A DNA stretch of 58,087 nucleotides from the IMG/VR virus record IMGVR_UViG_3300035128_000037, positions 1 to 58,087 of that record. One strand, 5' to 3'. How positions within the stretch are numbered: position 1 is the stretch's first letter; each line of letters begins with the position of its first letter. The notes beneath the pieces are model-generated. The model ran no database searches, had not been told where the DNA came from, and saw nothing but the letters and a program-made list of their open reading frames with translations. A program made the translations under genes and the position numbers. Source of the DNA: a virus. Positions 31,259-40,622 of the stretch are shown one piece after another.

Positions 31259-31785
31259 AAATCCATTGTGAGATATGCGCCATCAGGGATCCGGTAACAG
31301 ACTTCATGCGCCCGGGTGATCATTCGGTTATGGCCACCGCTAACGGGGTTTACCTTCCGCTCAAGGGGGCCATGTTCGGGTCTCCAAACCCAGAGAGAGG
31401 TGTGCCGGCGCCGTTTCCATCAGCACAGGACTGGAAGGATATGATTTGCCCACGATGCCGGCGCGTTCCGTTTATGTTTCTTCCGGAGGACCTGGATCGA
31501 TACAACAAGCAGGGTGGTCCCGACAAGATCTTCACCGACGAAGGCTGGAAACGCCTATATGTTCGAGCAGACTACCCCTCGGATGATGATACGGTCTGGT
31601 ACATTGCTCCTGATGATATTGATGAGGACGGCCAGAAAGAGATGGTCGTTGCCGAATCAGAGATGTCAGGTATTCCCGGTAAAGAGGTGGCAGATAAGTG
31701 TCCGAAGTGCGGAAAGCTTGAAACTGAATTCAAAAGCAAATCCGGTTTCGTCAACCACATAAGGTTTTGCAAGAAGGGCGAATGA
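31255..31785 (+). CDS. Zinc-finger protein
   Basis: CEIC, CPRC and CPKCG...HIRFC motifs. Confidence 0.55.
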   Translation: MKIHCEICAIRDPVTDFMRPGDHSVMATANGVYLPLKGAMFGSPNPERGVPAPFPSAQDWKDMICPRCRRVPFMFLPEDLDRYNKQGGPDKIFTDEGWKRLYVRADYPSDDDTVWYIAPDDIDEDGQKEMVVAESEMSGIPGKEVADKCPKCGKLETEFKSKSGFVNHIRFCKKGE

Positions 31786-34004
31786 TGGACGATAACGTAC
31801 CGACAATAAATCACCAGCAAATAGAGCTTATACCACCGGAGGGGCATGAAAACGTAGGCTACACTGTTTTCGACATCCTTGTCGAGATCCTTGAGGACAA
31901 AAACGAGCTGGGGCTTCCGGAAAAGTGGAATCGAGCATCAGAGCTCACGCGAAACAAGCACTGGAAGCAAAAAGCCGGAAAACCCGGGCTTGTCACTGCC
32001 AACCTGCTTTTCAGCCACCGCCAGCGAACCGTCAACATGCTGACCGACAACAACCCGACGTTCAATGTTACAAAGCTCGGGTCTGCTGATGGAAAAGAAG
32101 ACTCTTATGACGCAATTCTAAGAACTAGTGAACACTGGTGGAGAGACCAGGAGCAGCAAGACATTCTTGAGATATCTGTCGGTAATGCTGAGGAGCAAGG
32201 TGCTGTTGTCGAAAAATGCTCTTTCAACAACGACATAGAGTTGTTTGGTGAGGTAGAAACAGAGACCGTTCCTCTGTTCAACTTCGGATTATACCCTGTC
32301 AAGTGTACCAATGTTCGCAAAGCAGAGGCCGCACTCCATTACCACCCTATGTCTTTAAGGGCTGCAAGAAGGAAGTGGCCTGAAATGGCAGAGCACATTG
32401 TCGCCGACAGTGAGATCCTGAAAGAGATAGGGGATCTTAGGCGTGAGATATCCGCGAGCGCATCCGGAAAGGACAAAGGTTATCTGTCAACATTCGTTTC
32501 TGCCATCAAAAACATTGTTAACTCTGCCGGAGACGGAGGCGAGGAGGGTGACGAAGTTCTGGTTGTTGAGGCATGGGTAAAGGATTACACAAAGGTTCCG
32601 GGACCACCTAATCTCGACGCAAACGGAAATGTAGTTGAAGAAGTTATGGTTCCGAAATACACCGGCAACATCAGAAGGATTCAAACCTGTTGTGCCGGAA
32701 AGGTTGTTCTCAGCGACATGAGCAACCCATCAATAAATCCTAACCTCCCCATAGAAAAAGCGGTCAACTGTTACCTTTACGATAAATTTCCATTTTCTTT
32801 AACTCCAAGCATAAAAAACGATGTCAGCGCCTGGGGTATGTCGGACTACGAGCAGCTTGAGCAGCTGAACGTTGAGGTAAACAAGTCTCTTTCTCAGGTT
32901 ACCATGATGAAGGATAAGGCCAGCCGGCTTAAAATCATCAACCCGAAGGACTCTGGAGTTCCGAATACCGCCTTTACCAACCGACCGGGAATCCTCCGTC
33001 CCGCAAACGCTATAGTCGCCAATGCGATCAGGTATATGGACCTTCCTAAAATACCGGGAGAACTTATTACGGTGATGGATATCTATAAGGATTTTTTCTA
33101 CACCGTTTCAGGTTCTTTCGAGATAGAGCAGGCACAAAAGCAAGGCCATGAGGTTATCGCCTATAAGGCGATCGCTGCACTTCTCGAGCGCGCATCTACA
33201 ATGCTCAAGGGTAAGATCCGAAACTATTCTAAGATGATCAGGGAGCGAGGAAGGATGTTCGTAAGCCTCGCACAGAACTGGTACACAGAGGACAGATGGA
33301 TATCATACGAGGAGGATGGAACTGACCAGACAATGAAGATCGGTTCGTCTCTCCTTCTTGTTCCTGCAAAGCTAACGGTCGTGTCTGGTTCGACAATGCC
33401 CCGTGCGAAGATCCAGGAGCGCGAAGAAGCCATAGCGCTGTTCAAACTCGGTGCTATCGACGGAGAGGAGCTATTAAAGCGCCTTGAGTGGCCCGACAGA
33501 AAGAACCTTACCAAGAGATTGGCCATGGGCCCATTGGGAGATCTGCTTAAAAAGCTCGGCGCGCTGGGGGCGCCTCCGCAGTTCCTGCAGTACCTGAAGA
33601 TGGTGGCTGATGCCGACATGAAGGAGATCGAAAAGGCACTCAAAACCGGCAAGATGCCCACCATACCGATGATGCTCCAGGCCATGATGACCGGAAAGGA
33701 TTCGGCTGCCGAGATGGAGAACGCTCAAAAACAGATCGAACTTAACAAGCAACAGTCCGAAATAATGCTTAACATCGAAAGATCCAAGACCGAGAAGGTT
33801 AAGCAGATAGTTCAGATAGCAGGTATTCAGTTCGACGCCGAGACAGTCCAGCAGAACTGGACCAAGATAGACGCCATGATCACCGACAACAGAGAAAAAC
33901 AGCTTCTTGGGGGGTTCAATGCCGGGGTGAAGGCTGCACAGGGAGTCAAATCCGATAAGGGCCCGTACAACGAAAGCGGTATGGGATCGAACAACAAGGT
34001 GTAG
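31782..34004 (+). CDS. Portal protein (by size and position)
   Basis: 740 aa downstream of terL. ATG overlaps the upstream stop (ATGA). Confidence 0.6.
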   Translation: MMDDNVPTINHQQIELIPPEGHENVGYTVFDILVEILEDKNELGLPEKWNRASELTRNKHWKQKAGKPGLVTANLLFSHRQRTVNMLTDNNPTFNVTKLGSADGKEDSYDAILRTSEHWWRDQEQQDILEISVGNAEEQGAVVEKCSFNNDIELFGEVETETVPLFNFGLYPVKCTNVRKAEAALHYHPMSLRAARRKWPEMAEHIVADSEILKEIGDLRREISASASGKDKGYLSTFVSAIKNIVNSAGDGGEEGDEVLVVEAWVKDYTKVPGPPNLDANGNVVEEVMVPKYTGNIRRIQTCCAGKVVLSDMSNPSINPNLPIEKAVNCYLYDKFPFSLTPSIKNDVSAWGMSDYEQLEQLNVEVNKSLSQVTMMKDKASRLKIINPKDSGVPNTAFTNRPGILRPANAIVANAIRYMDLPKIPGELITVMDIYKDFFYTVSGSFEIEQAQKQGHEVIAYKAIAALLERASTMLKGKIRNYSKMIRERGRMFVSLAQNWYTEDRWISYEEDGTDQTMKIGSSLLLVPAKLTVVSGSTMPRAKIQEREEAIALFKLGAIDGEELLKRLEWPDRKNLTKRLAMGPLGDLLKKLGALGAPPQFLQYLKMVADADMKEIEKALKTGKMPTIPMMLQAMMTGKDSAAEMENAQKQIELNKQQSEIMLNIERSKTEKVKQIVQIAGIQFDAETVQQNWTKIDAMITDNREKQLLGGFNAGVKAAQGVKSDKGPYNESGMGSNNKV

Positions 34005-34018
34005 GGAGGCACCTTCAT

Positions 34019-34336
34019 ATGGATTCACTCGGAAGAATAAGCTCTGTTCTTATGTGTGATGCTGATTGCAAGCTAAGAAGCGGGGGGTTTTGCAACCTAA
34101 AAAGTGTTAAGGTTGGTAAGCATGGGGTGTGCGAATATTACACCCCAGAAAAAAAAGATGAAGGCGACTCCGTATTTCTTGCCGTAAACAATGGCGCCGT
34201 TGAAGGGTGGGAGCTCATTGAGGCAGACAGCCTTGAGGCTGCCATAGATCTTTTGAAGTCCGGGAGAAGCCACGGCCAAGAAGCAAAGATTGTGAAGGCT
34301 GTCGATATTTTTCCTGATTGTTCGAAGCAAGAATAA
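34019..34336 (+). CDS. Hypothetical protein with DUF1540-like Cys-rich N-terminus
   Basis: CDADCKLRSGGFCNLKSVKVGKHGVCEYY. Confidence 0.45.
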   Translation: MDSLGRISSVLMCDADCKLRSGGFCNLKSVKVGKHGVCEYYTPEKKDEGDSVFLAVNNGAVEGWELIEADSLEAAIDLLKSGRSHGQEAKIVKAVDIFPDCSKQE

Positions 34337-34340
34337 AGGC

Positions 34341-34640
34341 GTGAAAATGATTACGCTCCACAGATATTTAAAAACATGCAATCCTGTCAACGGTAAATAT
34401 GCCGTTATGCCTATAGGCCTTATGGATCTTGAGGGTAATTTTGTGGCATTTAAAACAGCAAAATATAAACTGGTCGCTATTTTAGAATCAGCCTACCCTC
34501 AATTTAAAGTCTATGTTTATCGCCTTGATGGTAGAACCGTCGCTGGTGTTGAAGGTTTAAAAATAATTGAGTCTGATGATTTCCGTCGCGAATTTGGATA
34601 TGGACGCAAGGAGGTCTCCATTGCCAATCTACGATCATGA
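34341..34640 (+). CDS. Hypothetical protein
   Basis: 99-aa ORF; start is GTG 34341 or ATG 34347. Confidence 0.5.
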   Translation: MKMITLHRYLKTCNPVNGKYAVMPIGLMDLEGNFVAFKTAKYKLVAILESAYPQFKVYVYRLDGRTVAGVEGLKIIESDDFRREFGYGRKEVSIANLRS

Positions 34641-34998
34641 ATGCCCAAAATGCGGCAAGATATTCGAGGCCATCGCCGGAATTGAGGCCACCTCCGTTCC
34701 TTGCGAGTGCGGCGCTCAGGCCAGCCGGATCATATCGTGCGGACGATGCTATACCGGCAATGAAGATGCTGATTGGCTGAAGTCCGTCCTGGAGGTGGTC
34801 GACAAGGAAAACCCGAGCCCTGCCACCCAGGAATTCATCAAGAACCCGAACAGATCAAATTACAGGGCCTGGATGAAGTCAGAAGGTATCCGGCCGCTTG
34901 AAAATAACGAACCAATGAGGCCTCAAGCTCCCGATATGTCGAGGGTGAACAAAGAGGTTTGGCGTAAATTTCAGGAAAGGCACAGGATAGAGATATGA
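34621..34998 (+). CDS. FmdB-type zinc-ribbon protein
   Basis: AAGGAGG then TTG 34621. (M)PIYDHECPKCGKIFEAI...CECG matches the CxxC_CxxC_SSSS pattern. Confidence 0.6.
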   Translation: MPIYDHECPKCGKIFEAIAGIEATSVPCECGAQASRIISCGRCYTGNEDADWLKSVLEVVDKENPSPATQEFIKNPNRSNYRAWMKSEGIRPLENNEPMRPQAPDMSRVNKEVWRKFQERHRIEI

Positions 34999-35366
34999 GA
35001 AAAATACAAATCAACGGGGATTTTCCCATCATCGAATCGGCAGTAGGGCGCGACCGGTTTCTTGCCCAGCAACATCTCAACAACACCGGGAGAGGATATT
35101 TCAGGGTAGTCGACACTCAGCGCAACGGCATGGGTATTGAGGCCACCGTGGATGGTGAAGTCCCCTCAACAGACAAGATCGTCCATGCCGCCGCTGCCGA
35201 GCGCCAGAAGCTTATCGACCAGATGATGGCCGACGATGACCTTTACGAAGAACCGGAGGTTCCGGCCGAAAAGTTCTCCAAGGCAAAGGATGAGGCCGCA
35301 CCGAAACCCAAATCCAAGAAGAAGGCCGCCAAAAAGAAGTCCGGGGGTAAGGCAAAAGCCAAGTGA
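34995..35366 (+). CDS. Hypothetical protein with Lys/Ala-rich basic tail
   Basis: C-terminus is KPKSKKKAAKKKSGGKAKAK. Confidence 0.55.
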   Translation: MRKIQINGDFPIIESAVGRDRFLAQQHLNNTGRGYFRVVDTQRNGMGIEATVDGEVPSTDKIVHAAAAERQKLIDQMMADDDLYEEPEVPAEKFSKAKDEAAPKPKSKKKAAKKKSGGKAKAK

Positions 35367-35503
35367 TGGATGTTAAGGGTAAACTGAAAGATTTGGTTGA
35401 CTTTATCCAGCGTGTTATTCTACAAAGAAAGACAGGCCGGATAGAGATCCATCTATCTCAAGGCGGCATAACCAGGGTGGACTTCAAGGAAAAGGTGATT
35501 TAA
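35366..35503 (+). CDS. Small hypothetical protein (45 aa)
   Basis: Hand translation MDVKGKLKDLVDFIQRVILQRKTGRIEIHLSQGGITRVDFKEKVI. Start overlaps the upstream stop (TGATG). Confidence 0.45.
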   Translation: MDVKGKLKDLVDFIQRVILQRKTGRIEIHLSQGGITRVDFKEKVI

Positions 35504-35507
35504 TGAT

Positions 35508-35695
35508 AGACAACCCTTGTGTTGCAATGAGCCCGGATTCGGAGAGCATATCTGTTGTTCCCTTGTGGGGTAAGGCTCCGACATTGCAACAGACACCGGC
35601 TAAGGGTAAGTGCGCCCCCCGCCCAATGCCCGACCAACGGGACGCCGGGGGCGGTTATAGCGGAGTCTAACGGGCTGCCGGGACAAGGGTTGTCT
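35508..35695 (+). ncRNA. Highly structured RNA/DNA element closed by a perfect 13-bp helix
   Basis: AGACAACCCTTGT (35508-35520) pairs with ACAAGGGTTGTCT (35683-35695). A stacked second helix pairs GTTGCAATG (35521-35529) with CATTGCAAC (35582-35590). A GC-rich inner helix pairs CGCCCCC with GGGGGCG. Confidence 0.45.
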
Positions 35696-35721
35696 TCCAT
35701 CAGGCTACCAAGAGGAGTAAC

Positions 35722-36102
35722 ATGATACTCGACCCGCACATAAGACAGGTTGTCAATGAAAGTGGCCGACGCGAGATTACAATCGACATGATCACCGAGG
35801 CTGAAAGACGGCGCGCCAATGGGGTGCCTGTTTTCTTTACATTCGCATCTCCGAGCGATTTTGTTTTGCAAGCTTTTGAGTATCTCAGGGAGATGGAAGA
35901 AGAAATTTATAAGTCGTTCGAAGTCAGTATGCGCGACATCGGATCAGGTCCGGCTCAGTTTGGACCTACCGAAGAATACCTCGTCCAAATTGAGGCCCAA
36001 AACAACCAGCTTAGAGAACGATGTTATGCGGTAGGATCTCTTGGCGGTGCAGTTGAGCCTGGATTAACTGAACAAATTTTCGGTTTCGATTTAGGGTTTT
36101 AG
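35722..36102 (+). CDS. Hypothetical protein, paralog A
   Basis: AGAGGAG SD. Shares GVPVFFTFASPSDFVLQAFEYLREMEE with the next gene. Confidence 0.6.
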   Translation: MILDPHIRQVVNESGRREITIDMITEAERRRANGVPVFFTFASPSDFVLQAFEYLREMEEEIYKSFEVSMRDIGSGPAQFGPTEEYLVQIEAQNNQLRERCYAVGSLGGAVEPGLTEQIFGFDLGF

Positions 36103-36103
36103 G

Positions 36104-36373
36104 ATGGATGACTATCGAGACATGGAGAGGGCATATAAGGCAGAAGAAACAGAAAGCCTTTCCAATATTGGAAACAATGGAGTGACGGTTTTCTTTATGG
36201 TTTCGACGCCAAGCGAGTACATTTTTAATATATTAGGACATCTCAATGAGTTACATGAGATTACATCTTTCGGTGACCCAAGTTGGTTCACAATAAACAA
36301 TGTTTTAGCAGAACAAGCACAGTGGGCGCCGCATCAAAAATTGTGGACAACGTTAATCGAAAAGGCAATATGA
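36104..36373 (+). CDS. Hypothetical protein, paralog B
   Basis: GVTVFFMVSTPSEYIFNILGHLNELHE aligns with paralog A. Confidence 0.6.
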   Translation: MDDYRDMERAYKAEETESLSNIGNNGVTVFFMVSTPSEYIFNILGHLNELHEITSFGDPSWFTINNVLAEQAQWAPHQKLWTTLIEKAI

Positions 36374-36561
36374 TGTCTGATATTGAACAAATATTCAAAA
36401 ACTACAAGACAATCGATAACATAGCAATATCAGCGTGGGTGCGTTCACACCTAAAAGGGCTTGAAAGTGATGATGACAGGATGAAGTTCTTAACGTCTCT
36501 CGGTGTGTGCCTTTTTTGCGGTAGCACATACTTGCCATGTCACTGTACAAGGTGTGATTAG
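36370..36561 (+). CDS. Hypothetical Cys-rich protein
   Basis: MMSDIEQ... ends in CLFCGSTYLPCHCTRCD. Confidence 0.5.
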   Translation: MMSDIEQIFKNYKTIDNIAISAWVRSHLKGLESDDDRMKFLTSLGVCLFCGSTYLPCHCTRCD

Positions 36562-36602
36562 AAAATAATATAGGGTCTTAACCCAACCTAACATAGGTCT
36601 TG

Positions 36603-36646
36603 GAAACCCGAATTGGAGATTAAATCTCTGGTTCGGGTTTTTTTAT
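36603..36646 (+). terminator. Rho-independent terminator (internal to the late operon)
   Basis: GAAACCCGAA pairs with TTCGGGTTT(T) around an inner GAGAT/ATCTC stem, followed by a T-run. Confidence 0.7.
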
Positions 36647-36703
36647 TGGTCGACGTAAGCCGGGATCGCATCCGGCACCAACCCAAACAAAAGGAATTTA
36701 AAG

Positions 36704-37639
36704 ATGGCAGAGCAAGATCAGGAAGCGACGTTAAACGATCCCGGAACCCCGTCAGTTCCGATGGAGTCAGGCGAGTTTCTCAGCACTGCAGAGTTTGAGG
36801 CGCCAATCCAAAGTGCTGAACCCGAGGGCCCCGCGAAAGAGGGTGAAACCGCAACCAAAACTGACAGCGCTGAACCAGGCAAAAGCAAAGAGGATGGCGA
36901 AGGAACCCCGAAAGAGGACGAGCACGGAGACATTCCGTACAGTCGATTCAAGGAAAAGATCGACCAGCACAAGTCTGAGGTAGATCAACTCAGACAGGGT
37001 TTCGAGACCAAAATCGCCAACCTTGAGGGCCAACTTGAGATCATCAAGGCCACAAAGCCGTCGACAGAATCAAATGACGGCGCAAAACCTAATTACAAGA
37101 ACATGGCCGCCATGTCGAAAGACCAGCTTCAGGATTGGTTCGATGACGATATGGTTGGATTCATGGGAAACCTCGCTGCACAAATCCAGCACGAAACGAT
37201 GGAGACCTATCGGGCAGAGCACGCAAAGGTTCAGCAGACCCAGCAGCAGGAAGGCATGAAAGAGAAGTTCAACAAGAACCTGGAGGCATTCAAGGAGGAT
37301 CACGAAGATTTCGAGCCGATGATCAAGGATGGTTCGCTAAAGAAATTCATTGATGAGAACCCGGGTCACAATGCCTTTTCTGCTTACCATGCACTGACCG
37401 AAGGAAAGCGCGAGGAGTCCGTCAAACAAAAAATAGAGGATGCCGTTAAGGAGGCAACCGAAAAACTCCGCAAGGAGTTTGAGCAAAACATTAAAGCCAA
37501 GCGCGATATCCGCAGCATAGACGCGGGACCGACACCGACAACGGTTAAAGACTCAGAGCTTTCCGACACCTCCAAGCGTGGTGGGCTTACGTCGGTACTC
37601 GCTGATCGATTAGCCGCGAGAAGGCGCAAGGCATCATAG
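36704..37639 (+). CDS. Scaffolding protein
   Basis: Acidic, coiled-coil-rich 311 aa directly upstream of the capsid gene. Confidence 0.6.
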   Translation: MAEQDQEATLNDPGTPSVPMESGEFLSTAEFEAPIQSAEPEGPAKEGETATKTDSAEPGKSKEDGEGTPKEDEHGDIPYSRFKEKIDQHKSEVDQLRQGFETKIANLEGQLEIIKATKPSTESNDGAKPNYKNMAAMSKDQLQDWFDDDMVGFMGNLAAQIQHETMETYRAEHAKVQQTQQQEGMKEKFNKNLEAFKEDHEDFEPMIKDGSLKKFIDENPGHNAFSAYHALTEGKREESVKQKIEDAVKEATEKLRKEFEQNIKAKRDIRSIDAGPTPTTVKDSELSDTSKRGGLTSVLADRLAARRRKAS

Positions 37640-37652
37640 GAGAAATTAAAAG

Positions 37653-38627
37653 ATGACACTCACTTTTGATGAACTCGAATCAGTCACCAACGACTATTTC
37701 GCTGCAGACGGCGGCAAGGCGGTCGATCTGTACTTTTACACCTCTTTTCTGCTCAACTATCTGTTGAAACAGAAAAAAGGTATCATGGAACGCCCACCGG
37801 GAGGCGAGAAGTTCCGCATCCCGCTCGAGTACGACGGCCAGGAAGCAGGATTCTACGGCCGTGGAGACACCATCAGTTCGGATTTCCGCGACAACATCAA
37901 CGCGGCCTACTTCGAGCCGAAGCATGCCTATGGTAACGCCACCATCCTGCGCATCGATGAGCTGAAAAACAATGGCGAGTACGCCGAGGTTCAGCTGGCT
38001 CAGTCAAAGGTTGCCGGTGCCCAGAAGTCCATTACCTCCCTGCTGGCGGGAAGCATCTATGACCTGCCTGGTGGAAGCTCCAAGCGTCTCACCGGTCTAC
38101 GGGCATTGTGCAACGAGACCGCAACGACAGCCTATGGCGGCATTGCCGAAAACGATCTTGCCGCGGCAGATGGAACAAAGCCGTGGGAGGGCAAGATGAC
38201 CTCCACTGCAACCACGATCCAACTCAATACCCTGAGAACAGGTCGAAGTGCGGCCAAGCTGCGCGACGGAATGTACGGAAAACCCAACCTGGTTGTCACC
38301 ACCGAGACCAATTACAACGTCGTTGCCGATATCCTTCAGGCTCAACAGCGATTCACGGACGGCAAGGAAACCGTCAAGGCCGGCTTTACCGGTTTGTGGT
38401 TCGAGGGGATGGAGATCTTCCCCGACGATTACTGCCCGGCATCCCATATGTTCTGGCTGAACTCCAAGCACATCGGATTCGCGGTTTACAAGACCGGCAT
38501 GTTCATGCGTTCCAAGTGGCGCGTCGTTCCCGACAGCCCCGATGACAAGACCATGAAGATCTATTTCGACGGGAACATGGTTTGCAACAACCGCAAGGCC
38601 CATCAGGGGTACAGCTCCATCAGTTAG
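37653..38627 (+). CDS. Major capsid protein
   Basis: 324 aa after the scaffold gene, with a strong SD. General resemblance to podovirus or P22-type coat proteins. Confidence 0.65.
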   Translation: MTLTFDELESVTNDYFAADGGKAVDLYFYTSFLLNYLLKQKKGIMERPPGGEKFRIPLEYDGQEAGFYGRGDTISSDFRDNINAAYFEPKHAYGNATILRIDELKNNGEYAEVQLAQSKVAGAQKSITSLLAGSIYDLPGGSSKRLTGLRALCNETATTAYGGIAENDLAAADGTKPWEGKMTSTATTIQLNTLRTGRSAAKLRDGMYGKPNLVVTTETNYNVVADILQAQQRFTDGKETVKAGFTGLWFEGMEIFPDDYCPASHMFWLNSKHIGFAVYKTGMFMRSKWRVVPDSPDDKTMKIYFDGNMVCNNRKAHQGYSSIS

Positions 38628-38717
38628 GCTATCGGTACCGGCCTTACATAGGGTATAATTGAAACCAGGGATAGATTACAAAATCAGCCAAGCAACACGA
38701 AAAAGGAGAGCAAAATC

Positions 38718-39491
38718 ATGGATTTCAAGCCTCTAAAAGCAACCCGATTCCTTCAAGGTCTGTATGCCGAATCTGCGACCCAGAAAGAGGAGTTGGGTAC
38801 CATTCGAAGAATGAGGGACGGCCGAGTTTTTGTATATTGCAAAAACGGAGCTGTTGCACTGGCCCCGGGGGCCGTATGTGCATCCGTCATCACCTCCGGA
38901 ATGAATGAGCAGACCGTTACCGTGGCTCATGCCATCGGCACCGAACAGGTCACGATTACCGACAGCGGATCTGGAACCGCCGCCAACGCATACGCTGGTG
39001 GTCGCCTGGTCGTAACCGCCGGCACCGGCATTGGTGAATCCTACGACATTGTGAGCAATACCGCCGCAACGGCAGGCGCGACATTCACCTGCCAGATCGA
39101 GCCGGGGCTTGCAACTGCCTGGAGCACTTCCGACACCGATGTCACGCTCTACAAAAACAAGTACAATGGCGTTGTCGTCAACCCGACTGACGGCCAGCAG
39201 CTCCCGGTATGCGTTCCCCAGCGAACGATCACCGCGAGCTATTATTTCTGGGGTCAGGTACTTGGTGATGGTGCCATGCTGATCGATGTCGCCGGCGCCG
39301 CAGCCGGTCTCGAGCTGGACGAAAAGATCATCAATCCTTCCTTGAACCACGCCGGTTACGGATACATCGACGGCACTCCGGATGCAGCTGCGGTACTTGC
39401 GGGCTATCGTCATATCCTCGGGTATATCATTGACGAGGCCGATATCACCGACAACGAGGCTGTCTTGGTGAACATCCGTATCGGATATTAA
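38718..39491 (+). CDS. Virion structural protein (possible capsid decoration or accessory)
   Basis: Gly/Ala/Thr-rich 257 aa following the capsid gene; AAGGAGAG SD. Confidence 0.4.
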   Translation: MDFKPLKATRFLQGLYAESATQKEELGTIRRMRDGRVFVYCKNGAVALAPGAVCASVITSGMNEQTVTVAHAIGTEQVTITDSGSGTAANAYAGGRLVVTAGTGIGESYDIVSNTAATAGATFTCQIEPGLATAWSTSDTDVTLYKNKYNGVVVNPTDGQQLPVCVPQRTITASYYFWGQVLGDGAMLIDVAGAAAGLELDEKIINPSLNHAGYGYIDGTPDAAAVLAGYRHILGYIIDEADITDNEAVLVNIRIGY

Positions 39492-39519
39492 TCCAACATA
39501 GCCGGCAGGAGAAAATATT

Positions 39520-39789
39520 ATGGCATTTGAATCAGCAATCACACAACGTCCAATAGCGGTTGGTAACAGGCGCTGGGCATGGGGAACCTACACAAACGGA
39601 AGTGGTGACACTGGTGGAAACATCGACACCGGCCTCCGGATGTGTGAGGCCATCTTCCTCCAGCCTGGCGGTTCTGCTGTTATCGCCACCGCACCGGTAG
39701 TCAACGAAACCCTTCCGATCGCCGGAAGTGCCATTACTGTGGTGACGGCCGACGATGAGGATGGCACCTGGTTGGCCATTGGTTACTGA
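39520..39789 (+). CDS. Small virion structural protein
   Basis: 89 aa in the structural block. Confidence 0.4.
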   Translation: MAFESAITQRPIAVGNRRWAWGTYTNGSGDTGGNIDTGLRMCEAIFLQPGGSAVIATAPVVNETLPIAGSAITVVTADDEDGTWLAIGY

Positions 39790-40622
39790 TGGACCAGGCG
39801 ACGATTACCGAACTTACAAGGAGGGGCCTTAGAAACCCTCGGTTCTCGTCTACAGATATTGAGGCGATGACCCTTCAGGGTGTTCTAACGCTCGGTAATG
39901 AGATCAAGACTTGTGCCCCCTCGTTCTTCAGGGGGCGCAAGATCCTTACCTCTTACACCAACGTTTTTAACTGGCCGGATGACTGTCAAACGGTCCTCAA
40001 CGTATTCGATTCCAGGACGAACTCCACTGCGATCACCGACGCTACCAACGCAAGCCCTATCAATATCGAGGCTGCAGACCATGGGCTTGTTGATGATGAC
40101 ATTGCATTCATCTGCGATGTTGGCGGCAACACGGCGGCCAACGGTCTTTTCAAGGTAACTAACGTCGACGATGACAACGTGACTTTGAACGGATCCACCG
40201 GGAACGCCGCATACACATCTGGCGGCTATATCATTAAGTGGGATCAAAACTCTTTCAGGAAGCTGGTCAAAAAGAACGCCGAGGCCCAATCATTGAGAGA
40301 TAGGGGCCGATGGTATCCGGAAGGAAAGACCGTCGTTGTCGATTACATCGACTTTTCCTATGACCTCATTGTCGATTATTCACAAAGACCTGATTCGATT
40401 ACAGATATTCCTTCTGAGTACCATATGGGGTTGGTCGGATGGAATGTGATGATGCTGTTGAAGGTCCCTATGCCGGATTCGCCGGACTATGCCGATCTGT
40501 CTCTTTCCTACAAGGTCCACCAGGCGCTTTTTGCGAGCTCGGTAGAATCCATACGGTCAACGCTTCTTGCATCGAACGAGGCCGACGAGATCACAGACCT
40601 GGAACATTGGGATATCATATGA
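39789..40622 (+). CDS. Virion structural protein (head-tail joining region by position)
   Basis: 277 aa with coupled start and stop codons. Confidence 0.4.
   Translation: MDQATITELTRRGLRNPRFSSTDIEAMTLQGVLTLGNEIKTCAPSFFRGRKILTSYTNVFNWPDDCQTVLNVFDSRTNSTAITDATNASPINIEAADHGLVDDDIAFICDVGGNTAANGLFKVTNVDDDNVTLNGSTGNAAYTSGGYIIKWDQNSFRKLVKKNAEAQSLRDRGRWYPEGKTVVVDYIDFSYDLIVDYSQRPDSITDIPSEYHMGLVGWNVMMLLKVPMPDSPDYADLSLSYKVHQALFASSVESIRSTLLASNEADEITDLEHWDII

Noticed and set aside
35500-35871. 123-aa minus-strand ORF and 55-aa plus-strand ORF (35503..35670) covering the structured element
   Set aside because: Both translations are Pro/Gly/Cys-rich and not protein-like. The region is dominated by nested perfect helices. 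Coding by the 55-aa ORF cannot be fully excluded.
38733-39542. 269-aa minus-strand ORF almost exactly antisense to gene 38718..39491 (also 38097..38603 antisense to the capsid gene)
   Set aside because: It sits in a strictly plus-strand late operon. The sense ORF has an AAGGAGAG SD and a coupled context. The antisense openness is explained by GC-rich third positions. No start context is present.
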